Source of the DNA: Gemmatimonadota bacterium
GTDB lineage: Bacteria; Gemmatimonadota; Gemmatimonadetes; Palauibacterales; Palauibacteraceae
Length of the DNA stretch: 16,183 nt
NCBI GenBank assembly: GCA_046758745.1
Contig: JBHIAV010000055.1
Location: forward strand, 1-16,183
Direction: 5' to 3'
In this document: positions 14,720 through 16,183 of the stretch, one piece after another
How the letters are laid out: each line of letters begins with the position of its first letter
Position numbering within the stretch: position 1 is the first letter of the stretch
The notes under the pieces: generated by a model
Databases searched by the model: none
Seen by the model: the letters and a program-made list of their open reading frames with translations, nothing else
What the model was told of the DNA's origin: nothing
Position numbers and translations under genes: made by a program

Positions 14720-15928
14720 CAGCCTTTTGAGAAGGAGGAGCTACCGTGGCCCGATGTCAGTGTATCGGAATCCGCCATGAGTTGACCAGCCTGATTTCGA
14801 CCCGCCGGTTGAACTTCCTCGCCCGACTGAGCGGCCTGGTGCAGAGGCGCCGGAAGGTCGATCCGATGGCTCTTTTCTGGACGATCGTTCTCGGGTTTGG
14901 GGCGGGCCCGCAGAGAACGCTGGCCGGGTTGCGGCGCGCCTATCAGCGAAGCACCGGTGCGACGCTCGTTCCGTCAGCCTTTTACGACCGCTTCACGAAA
15001 TCGCTGTCGGTGTTCTTCCGCCACGTCGTGGAGGAGTTGTTGGAGCGGCTGCAGGGGACGGAGATCCGGTTCGGGGGTGTCTTGCAATCGTTCCGGGACG
15101 TGGTGGTGACCGACTCGACGCTGGTGAAGCTGCATGATCTTCTGGAGCGACGCTACCCGGCCTGCCGGGCGAACCACACGCGAGCGGCGGCCAAGATGCA
15201 CCTGGTGATGAGCGTGAAGGGTGGTGGTCCGCGCAGCGTCAAGCTGACCTCCGGCCGCCAGCATGATGGCCCGGTGTTCCGGGTTGGACGCTGGGTCCGG
15301 GATCGGTTGCTGGTCTTCGACCTGGGATACTTCCGTTACCAGCTGTTCGATTGCATCGACCGTCACGGGGGATATTTCATCTCGCGGTTGAAAGAGAACG
15401 CCAACCCGCAGATCACCGCCACGCTGCGGCACTGGCGGGGGCGGAGCGTGCCCCTGGTCGGGGAGCGGCTGCGGGACGTCATCGCACGGCTGCAGCGCGA
15501 GGTGCTCGACGTCGAGGTGGAGGTCGCCTTCCGGCGACGGGAGTATCTCGGGGTCCGATCCGGAGCCCGCCGCACATTGCGACTGGTCGGCGTGCGCAAC
15601 ACGGACACCGGCCGCTATCACCTCTACGTCACCAACATCCCCCCCGACCGGCTGACGGCCGAAGAAGTTGCGCGCGTGTATGCCTGCCGCTGGCAGATCG
15701 AGCTCCTGTTCAAGGAGATGAAGTCTTACTATCGGCTGGGGCATATCCCGAGCCGCAAGCCGCACATCGTCGAGGCGCTGCTGTATGCCACGCTGACCAC
15801 GCTGGTGGTGAGCCGTCGGTTGCTGCAGGCGGTGCGCGAGGCGCTGCGTCCACGACAGCGCATCATTCCCGAGGGGCGTTGGGCGGCGATCTTCACGACG
15901 GTGTCCACGGCGATCCTTGATCTGGTGC
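14633..15928 (+). mobile_element. IS4-family insertion sequence (ISH8/IS231-like CAT end), left portion, interrupted by IS256
   Basis: Left terminal repeat CATCGGCGTTCGGTTAAG (14633-14650) has TTAAG at positions 14-18, as recalled for IS4/IS231 ends, and is followed by a DDE transposase. No right end in the window. Confidence 0.85.
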
Positions 15929-16026
15929 GAGGTTTTGTCAAGAGGTGTGGAAACACAACTCAGGCGGCAGCCTCCTCGGATGACTCGACGACCTTGATTC
16001 CGTCCACGTATGCCGCTCCCTCGTAG
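14746..16026 (+). pseudogene. IS4-family transposase (DDE_Tnp_1), native C-terminus displaced by IS256 at about 15929
   Basis: GTG with AGGAGGAG RBS; VVVTDST, LVFDLGYF, LYVTNI and YACRWQIELLFKEMKS (YREK signature). Codons after about 15928 are antisense IS256 sequence. Confidence 0.9.
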
Positions 16027-16128
16027 ACCTCACTCATGAGCTCGGGCGCGTTGAGGCGGCGGAAGCGCTTCTCGGCGACGAGCAGCATCTTCCAGATCAC
16101 CGCGAGGGCGTTCTCGATCCTCTTGAAG
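15929..16128 (-). mobile_element. IS256-family element, right-end fragment
   Basis: Terminal repeat-like GAGGTTTTGTCAAGAGGTGTGGAAA at 15929, just beyond the transposase stop codon. Confidence 0.8.
15960..16127 (-). pseudogene. IS256-family (mutator) transposase C-terminal fragment
   Basis: Minus strand FKRIENALAVIWKMLLVAEKRFRRLNAPELMSEVYEGAAYVDGIKVVESSEEAAA*, recognised as an IS256 C-terminus; similarity stops abruptly at about 16128. Confidence 0.85.
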
Positions 16129-16183
16129 TGAGTATGCTACGATTTAATCTGACAGCACGGTGGAGTCCTCGGGTCATCACTCC
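16129..16183. mobile_element. Probable terminus of a third IS (TG end, IS3/IS481-like) inserted in the IS256 transposase
   Basis: Abrupt switch to AT-richer TGAGTATGCTACGATTTAATCTGACAG at the point where the IS256 protein similarity ends; only 55 nt visible. Confidence 0.45.

Noticed and set aside
14503-14778. Poly-Ser minus-strand ORF
   Set aside because: Antisense of the GAY poly-Asp tract, and it crosses the IS boundary.

Overview
A GC-rich bacterial window; the gene families suggest an Acidobacteriota-like organism (inference only). From left to right: (1) a giant minus-strand secreted protein gene (start about 5062, running off the left edge, more than 1680 aa) that the ORF track misses. 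It encodes BNR/Asp-box beta-propellers with GH74-like motifs, an inserted CBM4/9-like domain, a Cys-rich insert, thrombospondin type-3-like Asp/Cys repeats and MopE-like repeats. (2) A structured intergenic region. (3) An NptA-type Na+/Pi cotransporter and a PhoU-family gene in one operon. (4) A PagL-family lipid A deacylase. (5) A membrane protein / ECF sigma / anti-sigma module with two near-identical back-to-back ECF promoters and signs of sequence decay. (6) A small coiled-coil membrane protein. (7) A B12-binding radical SAM gene divergent from a homospermidine synthase-like gene. (8) A sigma54-driven GspG/type IV pilin-like gene with a 37-residue poly-Asp loop. The pilin is cut by an IS4-family element, which is cut by an IS256 element, which is in turn cut by a probable third IS at the window end. 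Family assignments come from motif recognition by eye; no database searches were run.
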